Origin: Azolla caroliniana
Lineage: Eukaryota; Plantae; Polypodiophyta
Length of the DNA stretch: 64,000 nucleotides
NCBI GenBank assembly: GCA_043228905.1
Contig: JBHGNT010000001.1
Span: 35,278,001-35,342,000, forward strand
Direction of reading: 5' to 3'
Below, in pieces: positions 11,619-24,731 of the stretch. The notes under the pieces were generated by a model, which saw only the letters and a program-made list of their open reading frames with translations, was not told where the DNA came from and ran no database searches. Made by a program: the position numbers and the translations under genes. Every line of letters starts with the position of its first letter. Positions within the stretch are counted from its first letter, which is position 1.

Positions 11619-13580
11619 ATGACTCAAGCGGGTTCCAATTTACCCACCACCAACATGCTCCTTTACTCCACTAAACCTAAACTCGTGGTCTTTTCATCAT
11701 CCTCAGTTGGTTCCAAACCTCCTAAACTTCCTTCATTATCTTACTCTACTACTTCCTCCTCAACTGGTTCCAAACCCCCTAAACTTCCTTCATTATCTTA
11801 CTCCGTGACTACTGATATTGCTACAACTTATGCTACTTGTAATGTCACTAATTCTCGCAATGACCCCCTTTTCTCATCCACCACTCATAGTTCTCAATCA
11901 TGGTCACACACTCATAGAACCAACCCCCTCCAATCACTTCTTACTTTCCTTCTCGATGTATTAGAGAAGGCCATCGCTGCATATCTCGAGAGCGACAAGC
12001 GAGACGCGAGTGTTGATCCTAACGTCCAGTTGTCTGGGAATTTCTTCCCGGTACCCGAGCATCCCCCGAGTCACGGCCTCCGTGTGGAAGGCACGATCCC
12101 CGACACGTTGGAAGGTGGCGTGTATGTGAGGAATGGGGCGAACCCGATGTTCGAGCCGGTGGGTGCGCACCACCTATTCGACGGGGACGGGATGCTCCAC
12201 GCGGTCAAGTTCTCATCATCACGCGTGGGCGTGAGCTACGCGAACCGGTTCACGCGCACGCACCGCGTGAAGGAGGAGGCCCGGCTAGGCCGCGCGTGCT
12301 TCCCGAAGGCGATCGGGGAGCTTCACGGGCACGGGGGCGTGGCGAGGCTGGCCCTGTTTTATGTCCGGGCAGCGTTGGGCCTGGTGGACGGGGCCCCAGG
12401 GAAAGGCATGGGGGTAGCCAACGCAGGCCTCGTCTTCTTCTGCGGCCATCTCCTGGCCATGTCCGAGGATGACCTCCCCTACGCTGTACACATCGACCAT
12501 GGCGGCGACCTTCGCACCCTGGGGCGCTATGATTTCCATGGCCAGCTCTCTAGCGCCATGATCGCCCACCCCAAAGTGGATTCTCAGACAGGGGAGCTCC
12601 TTGCCCTAAGCTACGATGTGATCCGCAAACCCTACCTTCGCTACTTCAAGTTCTCCAGCGATGGCCGCAAGGGCCCCGACGTTAGCATCTCCGTCGATGA
12701 GCCCACCATGATCCACGACTTTGCCATTACGCAGAAGTATGTGGTCATCCCTGACCAGCAAGTGGTGTTCCGGCTCGCAGAGATGCTGAAGGGCGGCTCG
12801 CCCGTAGTGCATGACAAGGGGAAGACATCGAGGTTCGGCATCCTCCCCAGAGATGACCATGATGAGGGCCGGATCACATGGGTGGATGTCCCCCACTGCT
12901 TTTGCTTCCATCTCTGGAATGCATGGGACGAAATCGAAGAGCAGAGCGGCCACGAGATTGTGGTGGTTATCGCGTCGTGCATGACTCCGGCCGACGGAAT
13001 CTTCAACAAATGTTCTCTCGAGGATGAGCCGATCCGGAGCGTTCTGTCGGAGGTCAGGATCAACAAGACCACAGGACAGGCAACACGACGAGCATTGGTC
13101 CCAGAGATGAATCTCGAAGCAGGGCAGTTGAATCGGAGATTCCTCGGTCGGAAGAGCCAATTTGCATACATGGCGATTGCGGATCCGTGGCCAAGGGTCT
13201 CTGGCATTGCCAAAGTAGATCTGCTGCTCAAGAAGTCAACCAATCCAAATGACGATGATGAGACTAATGTTGTGGCCAAGTTCATGTACCCTCCCAACTG
13301 TTACGGTGGGGAGCCGATGTTCGTGCCGAGAATATCATCGGTGGACTCGTGTACAGATCATGGTGGAGGGGCTGAGGATGATGGATATGTTTTGGTGTTT
13401 ATGCACAATGAGGTGACTGGAAGATCAGAGCTGCTCGTCTTAGATGCGAGCTCTAGTGGTGGGCCATCCATGGAGTTGTTGGCCTCTATCAAGCTTCCTT
13501 CAAGAGTTCCTTATGGATTCCATGGCACCTTCATCACAAAAGACGAGTTAAAGCATCAGAAAGATCGACTCAGCAATTAG
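11619..13580 (+). CDS. NCED: 9-cis-epoxycarotenoid dioxygenase (ABA biosynthesis), plastid-targeted, intronless
   Basis: 653 aa ORF with a Ser/Thr-rich transit peptide, [30 protein letters not shown], and all four Fe-binding His motifs ([30 protein letters not shown]). Confidence 0.95.
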   Translation: MTQAGSNLPTTNMLLYSTKPKLVVFSSSSVGSKPPKLPSLSYSTTSSSTGSKPPKLPSLSYSVTTDIATTYATCNVTNSRNDPLFSSTTHSSQSWSHTHRTNPLQSLLTFLLDVLEKAIAAYLESDKRDASVDPNVQLSGNFFPVPEHPPSHGLRVEGTIPDTLEGGVYVRNGANPMFEPVGAHHLFDGDGMLHAVKFSSSRVGVSYANRFTRTHRVKEEARLGRACFPKAIGELHGHGGVARLALFYVRAALGLVDGAPGKGMGVANAGLVFFCGHLLAMSEDDLPYAVHIDHGGDLRTLGRYDFHGQLSSAMIAHPKVDSQTGELLALSYDVIRKPYLRYFKFSSDGRKGPDVSISVDEPTMIHDFAITQKYVVIPDQQVVFRLAEMLKGGSPVVHDKGKTSRFGILPRDDHDEGRITWVDVPHCFCFHLWNAWDEIEEQSGHEIVVVIASCMTPADGIFNKCSLEDEPIRSVLSEVRINKTTGQATRRALVPEMNLEAGQLNRRFLGRKSQFAYMAIADPWPRVSGIAKVDLLLKKSTNPNDDDETNVVAKFMYPPNCYGGEPMFVPRISSVDSCTDHGGGAEDDGYVLVFMHNEVTGRSELLVLDASSSGGPSMELLASIKLPSRVPYGFHGTFITKDELKHQKDRLSN

Positions 13581-15538
13581 TGTGACAATATATGAGTCAG
13601 TTATATCTACCACTATCAGCATACCAATGAGTGGAATGGAAGGGGGATGAATCATAATTAACCAAATCGACCATGATTAATTTCCTAATTAGTAGAACAG
13701 GATCATAATGAGAACATCTAATCACGATTACAATCATAATAAGTGCAGTCAATCACGATTTAGCATATTCATTAGTGCAACCAAGCAAGATTAGCTACTT
13801 GATTAGTGACACTAATCATGGTTAACATTCCAAACAATAAACTAACCTAGTCTCAATAGGTGCAATGCATCATGATTGGCAAGCCAATGAAAGGGTTTAT
13901 AAAAAAAGAACTTGATTAATGCCTTGACTAAGGGAGTTAATCATATGAGTAATTAGTCTATCATAATTGGATTGGATTAAAATTTTTAATTAGATCAATG
14001 TATATAGAGACATATACTTAGTTTGTTACCCATTTGGATGTAGAAGACCAATTTTGTTTCCATAATTCTAACCCAATTGGACTAGAAGCATAATAATGAT
14101 TGTATGGTAATTTCATTTATATGCCAAATTTCATTGAACCAATCTATGCAAATTTTGTCCTAGAATTATTAGATTTTTTTTATCCCAATTGGATTGGTCC
14201 AACAACATGGCTCTATCACAATTGGGCCATGGACTAAATAGTTTGCTTTTATGGTATGTAAATCCCTTCCGTAATTCTTTTTATTTTAGAAGTCAAATAT
14301 GTATGGACATACCCAACCATATCCATTGGTAGTAAATGTCATGCACATACAAAATTGGAATCGAGTGGCCCACATAATATCATCATCTACTTTGGTCAGT
14401 TGCGTACAACCATTTTTAAATCTAGAATGATTCAACATAGAAAAATGATAAAACTCAATATCATCATCTCTTCCATTTGTTTTGCAATACGAAACATTAA
14501 GCTCTATCTTTACCATGAAAAATGATACTTTAATATTAACATCTATTTTGGTCAATCACTTCCCATTTTTCTTACATGTTGAATCTAGAGTCACACATGT
14601 GGGGGACATGTGGGGACCCATTGTTAGGGCTAAAAACTAATGATGAGACAGCTTGACTCTCAATCTCTACTATAATTCTTTAGTGAACCTTGACTTTTAT
14701 TCTTGATTCAAGAATCTCACTAAGTATTGCATAAAAGGCCAACTTCAACTCAATTGCACTCCATAAAACATAATTATTCGAAGGTATTGTCACTTGGTTT
14801 TGTTTGCACCATGCCTAAATTATATGGATCATGGATGTACTATAGTTTACTTCTAAATTGCCTTTCTTTAGCTTTGAACAATATAAACAACCAAGACACA
14901 CACACACACATGTACAAATGTTGTGCATTAACTACAGATCTAGATATATTAGCACTGCATTAACATTGTATGCCCTGCGACAAAACCATAAGATATTCTA
15001 ATTAGCCAATAAAGTATTATTTGAGGATAAATAATTCAAAGCTAGGTAACAATTACAATTTGTTAAAAGTTAAAACATGTTATGAATTTTCATAGGCATA
15101 ATCATACAATGTAATGGTTATGAGCATAACAAGATGCAATAAGTGCATTTTCACAATTTCAATTTGCTACAATTCCAATAAAATTCAGGCATGTACTCTA
15201 TCACGACATTCCAAGAGGAAAGGTGGTGGATGTCATGAATAATGTAAATAAAGGATTCATAAAACCTGGGTATGTACAAATATATTTAGTCGAAGCTCAA
15301 AGGCAGAAACTTGAAACAAGGTCATGCTTTTTCCCATGTCGCTGTAGATTGGGTTCTCCATGACATACAGAACAAACATGACAAAAAATGGTTTGCTTGA
15401 TCAAGCAAGTTTGTTGCAGACCCTACGCCAAAACAATGAGTAAAACCATTTCATGCAAAATATCAAAAAATAGGTCAAAAAGATTGTGTTTGATTCCAGC
15501 GTTTCCTGGGATCTTACTAATTGATCCTGGACTGGTAG

Positions 15539-18500
15539 TCAGCTTTTCCTGGAGATGAAAAAGAAAAGACCAATTCATCAACTAATGCAATGGACTAAAA
15601 GAATTTCATCATTGACATACTTAGATGATAGAAGATCCTTCAGCTCCTCAAGAGCAGAGGTTGCAGAATGTAGCACCATTTTCTTAATCTGGCCACACAA
15701 AAGAAATTCATATGAAACAAATGGAGAGCACATAAATCACACAAAATAAAAAACTACCCTTCATATGAAGAGTGACATAAAGAGACTACCCTGCATAGAA
15801 AGCTAATATTGGATGGTACTGATTCTACCCCTTGTCAAAAATATAATGTAACTGAACATAGTTTAACATTAATTTCACCATGATTAATCTTTAATTTCTT
15901 CTCTCTAGGCTTAACTTTGTTTTTGGATTGTAAAATCACAAGCCTATAAAAACAACATTAACTTCTTTTTACTGGGGTGGAAATGACGTATTATTTAATA
16001 TAAACCAAGGCAGTTGTTTTATATGGCTTAATCCATAACTATTTTTCAAAATTTCCTTTTATAAACCTCTAATTTATCCTCTTTAGCACGATGGTTCTTC
16101 GGTAGGAGTCGAGATTCTTCTGCAAGACGAACACACTCTTGTACATTCTCAGGTGAGACAAAGTCCAATGCAACCTTCATACAAGACTGATACAAGAAAA
16201 AGATCGTTAAATGTAGAGTTTATCAATACAAGTAATTTGTCAATACATGTAATTTGTTCATCTTCACAGCTATGCAAGGAGGATCTATTACCTTCATATT
16301 TCTCACTTGATGTGGACATCCAGCTGGTATGAATACTGCTTCTCCAATCTTCTGTTCAAAAGTCCATGCTTCGACTCCTACAAATATACAGATATAATTT
16401 TGTATGTAACTAAATCCAAAACCATCCCAAAGAATCTTTTAGTACACAATTACCATATTCTTCTTTCAGTTTCTTCTTATGATCTTCCGTTATGAAGATC
16501 GTTTGGTCATGAATAGGATGAACCATCTGCGAACTTCAGACTGTGAGCATAGAACTAACTTAGAGTAGAGAACAAGCAATGGGGTCTTTCAAGTCCTAGA
16601 TGGCACAATAGACAAAGAAGAAAGCTCCCAACTTACAAAATCAAGGAAATCTTCATTGGTATGGCGAAATTCTTTCCAATGACATTTCAGATAGGCTTTC
16701 AGTTTTGACACATCTTCACGTCTAAATATGTCCCAGAGAGCACCACCAGAAGAAACTGATTTCTCTTTCTCGTACCCATTATTACCACATTTTCTTGCAC
16801 GTTTATAGGCTATAACAGGGAGATTTTGCTGATCCATCAGAGAAATGTTTGAATCAAGTGAATGTGATCCCTCATAAATATTGACATCTTTCACATTATT
16901 TACTTCAATACTATCACATGTATCATCTTTTGATTCAACTACACTGCAGTTCTTCTGAGTTGCATTCTTTTCAGAACGTCCACCAGTCCCTGGCATCACA
17001 ACATTGGCTACACTACCATCCATGTGAGACCTTGACAAGCCACTATCATTTGAACTTGCGATAGCCTGAATATCAGACAGAATGTTACTCAAACATAGAT
17101 GGACACCATATCTTTACTGGATTTACTCTAGCAATCCTAACCTCTTCTGTAGATACATCCACGGCTAAGGCCCTCCTTTGATTAGGTTTCCCAGCCTTCT
17201 TAGCAGACCTATCCTTTGGGTTAATCCTGAACTTCTGAATTTTCTTAAGTTGCCAATTAGGAAGTTTCACTGCGCTTGCATGGGTAAGAACATTAACCTA
17301 CACAGAAGTAAAACACATCCCATCCTCTTAAAAAGTTCTGAGGTGTATAAACTAGCTATTACAGTGAGGATGAATTGGTTCAGCCATAAAATTACCGCAT
17401 CAGATAGATCACAATGTAGCTTTGTTACTGAATCACCTCTTCCGAGCTCTTGTTCAAAACCATATGCAATATAAGTTTTTGGACCTAGATCAGGTTTAGA
17501 AACCCAATCAGGAAGCTTGGAAGCCAGATTTAGTAAGCCCCTACTTGGGTGTGTATAATACTGGAAAGGCAACGCACTGATGAACTCTGCTCCATGTCGA
17601 GGCAACCTTTCATCGAAAAAGTTTGCTGGAGGCCAGTCTTTCAACTTCAGCATTTCTGGCCATCCATTTCTATGTGCCCGACCTTCTTCATAGCCTTTGA
17701 AAAACTGATGAATATTGATCTCCACCTATTGTCATAACAAAGCAAGCATAAAAATCATAAAGAATGTACGATGTGCATTAGGATGAGTGAAGAATATGTA
17801 AAATTTAGGCTTACATACCTCACACCAATCAAGGCAATCAAGGGCTCTCACAGACTTGGTTTCTTCAACAACCTTGTTCTTACAGGTCTCTCTTAATGCA
17901 CGCCACATCACCATCGGCTCCCAGCTTAATCCTTTGGTACTCTCAAAAACATCCCTCACAATCACAGGTTCTCCTCGAAGCCAATGCTTTTGAAAATGCT
18001 CTAAAGAATGTGTATTCAAGTCTGGAGCTGATGGGCAGAACAGATAGTTGTCCATCGAATTTTCCCTGTGCGCAGAAAGACGCATATTTTTCTGGAAACT
18101 ATCACATTTAGGGTTTCCAAAACACAAGCTACAAAGGCCCATTGGAATGGGCTCAGGACGCTTTTCTCCCACTGCTTTCTCCACGTTCTCAGAAAGACTA
18201 GATATATCAGTTACTCCAGTACGTTTCAGACATAGCTGTGGATAGCCACATCCACCTCTCTCTTTGGGAGGACAAGGAATAGGACCACGTTCTTCGTGTA
18301 TTTTCCAAAATGGGAGGTGCTTTTCCTCAAATGGTTGATGACTCAATCGTTTGGAAAGGCTTCTTGATCGCTCGTTTGATTGATACTCTGCAGAACATGC
18401 CTGATCTCCACCTGGCTGCTTCCCCTCGCGAAGCTCTTTACAACACAATAAACAAAGGTCATAGTTGCATTCGGGACAGTTTCGGTATAGATCAACAATA

Positions 18501-20488
18501 GATGTACTGCAGTTGTCACTGAAATGAATGAAATCTCTTGATCAGCCTCAACATAAAAGTATATTACCTTATACAAATATATCCAGGACGTCAATAGAAT
18601 AGTTTCATTAGCTGATGAATCTTTTGCAACAAGGGACATGACAACACAAATGACAAACAACGTCAACACAAAAGAATTGCATATTAAATATTGAAGATGA
18701 AATTGGTACTCAAGTCTCACGCATCAAAAGAACCAAAAGAAGGAAAGGCCAATTCAGGAAACCTAGTATGTCAACTAACCAATATAACCGCTCATCAGCA
18801 TAAAGGTCAGAGCTTTTAATGTCAAGATGATTGACTCCCCCTGTTCATTAAAGCAGAATGTAGAGTAAGATGAAAAAAGGACCTCCTAGGTATTCACTAA
18901 TAGCCAAGTAAGCAACCTTATACATACCATTTTCCTCAGTTTCAAACTCAACTTCATCCTGTTGGAGTTTATTTAAGTCCTTTATAAACGGCAGTAGAAA
19001 AGAAAGCATATACTTGAGGATGTCAATCTTTTCAGTTTTACTAACTTCAACAACATTCTGTCAAAACAAAAGATAAAATAGATTACATGAAAATACATCT
19101 AGTATATACGTAGATGTATGAAAACCTTCAAATAGAAAGAAAATGTTTTACTTCTTCAAGACTTGAACTCTTGGGCATATGCATACGAAGGCACGTCTTG
19201 CAGTTGCAGTTTCTTCTGCAAACTGGGCAAGCTTCTTCAATATCCTCATAACTCATTGTTGGATACCTTTAAATAGTGACGAAGAAAACAAAAGCAGCAT
19301 CATATAATGTTCATTTCGCAGATGCTACAAGAAAGGACTAAATCAATGTCATTAACAAGTTTCAATTCAACATATGACCTTCCTTCTAAATGAAAATCGA
19401 TATTTCCAATAAGGAGACAATGAAGAGGAAGAAACGACAGAACAGTTAGGTTTCTTATTTTCCTCTTACCATTTAGCAATGCATGGCAAACAGAATCTCT
19501 TTGTACCACATTGCCCACAGTATATGACTCTCCCCTTGTCGTTCCTCTGGCATTGATGGCACATCTTGCTTCCCGTAACCCTTCCTTTCTTCTTTACCAC
19601 CACTTCGTTAAAAAGTTTTTCCTATATACACAGATAACCAAAAAACGGTCCTCACATAATGCTTGAGGAACTGTCTTTGAGAACCTGTTTTTAACCTAAA
19701 GTTTTAACCTACAGTACCTTATTCATCTTTGTTCTGTCCTTTGATGGTCTAGTAGTTGTTGTTGCTACAGTGTCTTCCTCAACTTTTTTCGCATTTTCTT
19801 TTGATGGCTTTCTTTTCTTCTCATCATCATGTCTCACATTTTCCTTGGGATTTGTTGTTGCAGTTTTCCCTTCTTGTTTATGAACAACACCTGCACCACA
19901 ATAAGAGAAAACTCGCTCTGTATTTCAAAAGGCAAAGCTTAGCAAGGCTTTGAGAATCACTTTTTGGCCATTACCATTTCTAATGTTCCCAGAAACCTGG
20001 GACTGAGATAAAACATAAATATGATTCTTTGCTTCATTAACATTAATATGTTCTTGCTTCATAGCATCGGAAGGAGATGAATGAGGATCAGGAACTGTTT
20101 TCTTCCGCTTAGTTAGAACTGACTTCTGCGTATTCCAGGCATATATATCCCATCCATCTCTCGGCCTACGTTTTCTCCCTTTAATGCCTGCGATCATATC
20201 AGAAAAATCAGAAGAGGCCATATCAATTGGCACAGATTGATGGCCTACTACATTGCTCTCGTATTCTTTTTCTCCTCCCCCTCCTTTCTCTCTGTTACTT
20301 TGATTCTGCTTCTGCTTCTTGCCCTCCATATCAACTTCTCCCTGTTTACATACTTTCTTGATTTCGTCAGCTCCATTTTCATCCCCTCCTGCAGCTTTCA
20401 ATGCTTCCTTGTGATTCTTCTTGTGGTCGTGGTGATGGCGGTGTTGGTATCTATCGGTTTTGTCAATCTGACCTGGTTCTAAACCCAT
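15539..20488 (-). CDS. JmjC-domain H3K9 demethylase, KDM3/JHDM2 family (IBM1/JMJ25-JMJ27-like), multi-exon
   Basis: Spliced exons give [38 protein letters not shown] (Cys-rich finger), [70 protein letters not shown] and [12 protein letters not shown]. Fe ligands intact. ATG at 20488 has an in-frame stop upstream after splicing. The last micro-exon ends TGA at 15541-15539. Confidence 0.92.
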
Positions 20489-21682
20489 CCTGAGCACACA
20501 GAGAAGCGACTTCAATCGCATGAAGGATATTATAGTGTTCAATCAAATCGAACCAGAGAGAGCGAGAGAAGATTAGCGGAAAACCTTATTCAGACTGCTT
20601 TGTTATTGATGTTTCTGATTGCTTCTTCTGCTGCGGCTGTTTTACTGCTTCCGCAGGAGGCGAAGAAGATGGCGATGGCGATGGCGATGGCGATGGGAAA
20701 ACGAATAGCGTCTTATGGTCTGTAGACCTACGGATCCGTAAGTCATTCATGTATTTATACATACATACACTGTTACACATATTATATGTATACATATATA
20801 CATATATGATATATCATATGTCTTGTTTGGCGCCAAATCTCTCTCCTGCGTTTTGCTTTTTGCTTTTCGCTTTTTGCGTTTTGCTTTTTCTTTTCTTTGG
20901 GGGGAGGGGGGGACATTGTGTGGGAGTACGTTTCCATAGAGAAATAAAGAAATTTACTGTTTTAGCTCCTCTGAAAGTTTAGAAGTTCATATATTCGTCT
21001 AATCACATATGCTCTACGAAGTTCATGTTTACAAATGAAAATGCATGATGGAAAAGAGAGGAGGATTCTAGAGATTACAAGAATTAATGTTATGTATCCC
21101 ACCATGTAATTTTAAATAAATGCCTTTGTTGTAGTTCAATCACCTGCAGGTTGAATCAGGAATATGTTTCGCTTGAGATTGTCTCCCATTGGCTTTGCTC
21201 CTTCAAAACGAGTATGTTAATGTTGATACAACTTCCCATTTTATACTTCAATCGGCTCTGATAAATAGGATTCAGAGATCTCTCTTCCCACACGAATCTT
21301 TCTTCCCTCAAAAGTACTCATCGCTTGCCCTTCTTTCCACCTAGATTCTGTTTTTTCAAAACGTTGTCAAAGCAACTCCAAAAGTTCCTTAAAGTTCCCA
21401 TCTAACATATCTATCTTGAAAATCTCAACCTTGAGAATTTGACCCTATTTTATTCTATTCTAGATTCTTCATTGACAAAAAGTGAATGCAAAACCAACTT
21501 GCCAAAAAATGCACAAGGAAAAAGATGATCAAGCATGTTCTTACTTGAAAAACAACAATTATATTTTGACCTTAATTTCTTATCCTAACTTTAGAGCATA
21601 TTACATGGCTCACATTTCATACATTATATTACACATGGTGCAACATACTACAAAACCATATCCTTCTAAGAACGAGTAAACC

Positions 21683-23290
21683 ACACTCGTCGATACATGC
21701 TAGAGGCCATCCCTTTGTTTTCCTATCCTCACCTTTGCTTCATTATGAGTTAGCTCACAATCTCATAGATGTGAGACAAGGCTTTGGGGCACGTGTGAGG
21801 AGACTCGATCAACTCTGCATATTTCTCCTTTGATATTATGTGTTGCATTCAACCATATTCAAGCTTGCTTTGTATTTATAGTCAATTGAGTCCACTTTCT
21901 ACACACATTTCTCTCTCACAATCACAATACAAACTCTTGATTGCAATGTTTATTCGGAAAATTCTTCAACATGGACAATCACTAAATTTCACACATACTA
22001 TGTAAAGATGATTTAGATTCGTCCCACAAGCCATGTTTGACCTCACATGACAATAATAAAACCTATCATCAACTACGATGCAATGGATCCCATCAAGATC
22101 ATGTTTTGGGAATCAATTGTCACTAATATAGAAATTTAAGCATTGTCATAGAAAACCAAGTAATTAATACCAAATTATTAAATCACGGTGCCATAAAACC
22201 AAAAACTAATAATACAAGCAAGACCATTTATAACGGGAATTTTATAATGGGATGAACTTTATAATGCAATCGTAGTGAACTACATACATTAGTATCACAA
22301 GAGCTTTAGGGTTCCTTAGGAATCTACAAAAAGAGATAGCCTTGTTTCAAGATCCATGTTGTTATAAAAAGGGAAAGGGGAACAATGATTTAAAAGCTCA
22401 AAAACGGTTAGCATGTTAAAATGGACACGAAATTTTGGACACCCTGTTTGGGGCAATACATTCTTCTTGTGTCAGCAAATACAAGTTGCAAACTTGCAAT
22501 TTTATAAAAAAAATCCTGTTAACCCTCTTGTTGACTCTTGAACTTGTAAAAGACAGCCTAAGTAATTTACTTAGGCTGTGCATATTTTCTATTTTAAATA
22601 AGAAAAAACACAATTACCTATGTAAGCTAAATTCGTAAGAGGGCTTCAACTACACTGACTATGATTTTTATTTGACAATCGATTCATAAACTTGATTTTG
22701 AAGGAGAAACCAACTGCATTAAACCCTTATATGCTAGCTTTTAACATTACCTTTTTACAGGCACCACTACTCATGCCTGCAAGAATTCAATGTAATCATG
22801 ATTCATAAGAGAAACCTTGTAACAAAAAGATAGCATTGTGGAATAACCACAAGTAATTTAAAATATATGCATTCATGTCTAGGGTGTGCAGCAAGCACGT
22901 CTTGGTATTCAACTCTAGGGTTCCATTACCTTATCCTTGGGATTCATCTTTGTTCTTTTGTCTTCTTGGTTGTCACTTCTTTATTCACCATGTCACGGGA
23001 TTTCAGTGTTTGAACATGTATTTTGGTATATGAACACATGCCTGAACACAGACAAGAAATATAAACACAACTATAACTATGACAATGGCCAAGAAGCAAA
23101 ATTACTATAGATATAATTTTGCTGGTTCAGTCCATCCTCGACCCGACTCTTCCGGAAAGTACTCAATTCCATCTCTGGTTTTCAAAAGACCACAATCTCA
23201 TAGTGTGTATGTAGCTCCAAAATCATACCATAGAATTATCATAAAATTTCTGTTTTAACATACTTTTTAATGATTTACAGAAACATTTCT
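21683..23290. repeat. Segmental duplicate of 29625-31405 (PPR 3' flank including an RTE 3' remnant)
   Basis: Colinear similarity, e.g. CACACTCGTCGATACATGCTAGAG vs CACACTCATCAATACATGCTAGAG, GGCTTCAACTACACTGACTATGATTT in both copies, and AAAAGACCACAATCTCATAGTG in both. Confidence 0.9.
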
Positions 23291-23750
23291 CCCTGGCTGC
23301 CTTTCATCATGAGCTCCAATACCTCCTCTGCCTTCTGTAGCAAATTCCCCCTCAAATACATGGTAAGTAACACATTATAAGCTACTGGATCCAAAACCAT
23401 TTCAGATGTTCTTAAACTATCAAAAAGAGCTTCTCCTTGATCAATTTCACCCCTGAGACCATAGATATCAATCATTTTACAAGCTGTTTTTAAAGAAGGG
23501 TTGCATATTTGTTTGAAGACATGAATCGCTTCATCATATCGACCTCTCGAATTACACAAACACATTAAATTATGGGATAAAATCTCTTCAACTTCAGTTA
23601 AAGAGTGTAAGTTACAAAAGCTTCTAATGCCAATTCAACCATATTGCCCTTTATATAGGTTCTGACTAAGATATGCCAACACTTTGAAGTGGGAATCCAT
23701 CCAGCATCTTTCAAGTGTCTCAACGTTTCTGGTATGCCATCAACCTGGCC
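23275..23750 (-). pseudogene. Truncated, internally deleted copy of the PPR gene at 31392-34328
   Basis: Matches 32252-32700 closely and is then joined to the parental stop region (~31392-31410). There is a 1-bp deletion near 23614 (GTTACAAAAG vs GTTATCAAAAG) and no 5' part. Confidence 0.9.
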
Positions 23751-24731
23751 ATGAAGCAGCTGAAGATCCTAATCAACAAACACTTTGTTAGTAGTTACTT
23801 TGCTTCTTCTTTTTTCTGAATCTCCCTATAAAATCCCATTACCAATTGCTCTAGTTAGACAAGGTACTCATAAAAATGTTTGTCCTATAGTATTCTACTA
23901 CTGGTAGCACTGTTCTTATCTTATCATATGATCATTCTTCTGCTTCAAATTTGTGCTTGCTTAATTTGTTCTTTATATGCTCCATATTTGTTCGTATGTG
24001 ATGACGTCACATATACTTCCTCATTCCCATATCATGAGTGTATTATGACTATCAAGTATGAGGTTGCAGCTATGCTAAACAATCCCTCCCTAAGGCTCAT
24101 CTAACTCTTCCAGCATTATTGCCACCTCCCTGGTGAATGTTAAACAAATTAAATGCCCCATTAATTGTAAAACACATTACTATTGACACTGTTCCTCACA
24201 TGGTTTACATTGGAATCCAACATTTAAAATTATGGCTTTTATTATATTCTTAGGTAGAAATTGATCAGATTACAAATAAAATAATTAGCTTCCTTGACAT
24301 CAAGGACTAGCTAGCTGACATATCTGTTAACATCTCTAAAATTCAAGTGAATTACTTGTTCTATTACCGAGGAAAGTATAATGCCCCATCCACAACTTAT
24401 ACTTATAATGAATAAGTGGGCCTTTTGAGTAACGGGACATTATATACATCGAAGACAACATATACTTACAATGAACAAATGGGCCTTTGTGAATGATCGA
24501 GGCATTATATACATCAAAGCAAGTATGCACTCACAAGCAAACATGTTAGTTCAAAGCCAATAGAAGAAGCATGTTACACGAGTTTTTTCTGATGTTCCAA
24601 CAATGTAAGCCCCAATTTTATTCTGTCCTCATAAAAGGTTAAGTGTTAGTAAATTATAGCATATCAACAGATGAAAATAACCTATATTATATGTACAAGT
24701 AATTTATGTGAAACATGTCCACAGTTTTACA

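Noticed and set aside
11961-13297. Long antisense ORFs over NCED (similar ones over 4CL exon 1)
   Set aside because: Expected shadow ORFs of GC3-rich coding sequence with no recognisable motifs.
13640-14600. Scattered AATCA(C/T)GATT and CCAATTGG motifs downstream of NCED
   Set aside because: Probably an old transposon subterminal region, but no boundaries, TIRs or TSD could be defined.
20586-20795. Possible uORF with (SP)n repeat in the JmjC leader
   Set aside because: Its ATGs lie at or upstream of the TATA-like TATAAATA (~20752-20759), probably outside the transcript. The SP run is a (GATGGC)n microsatellite.
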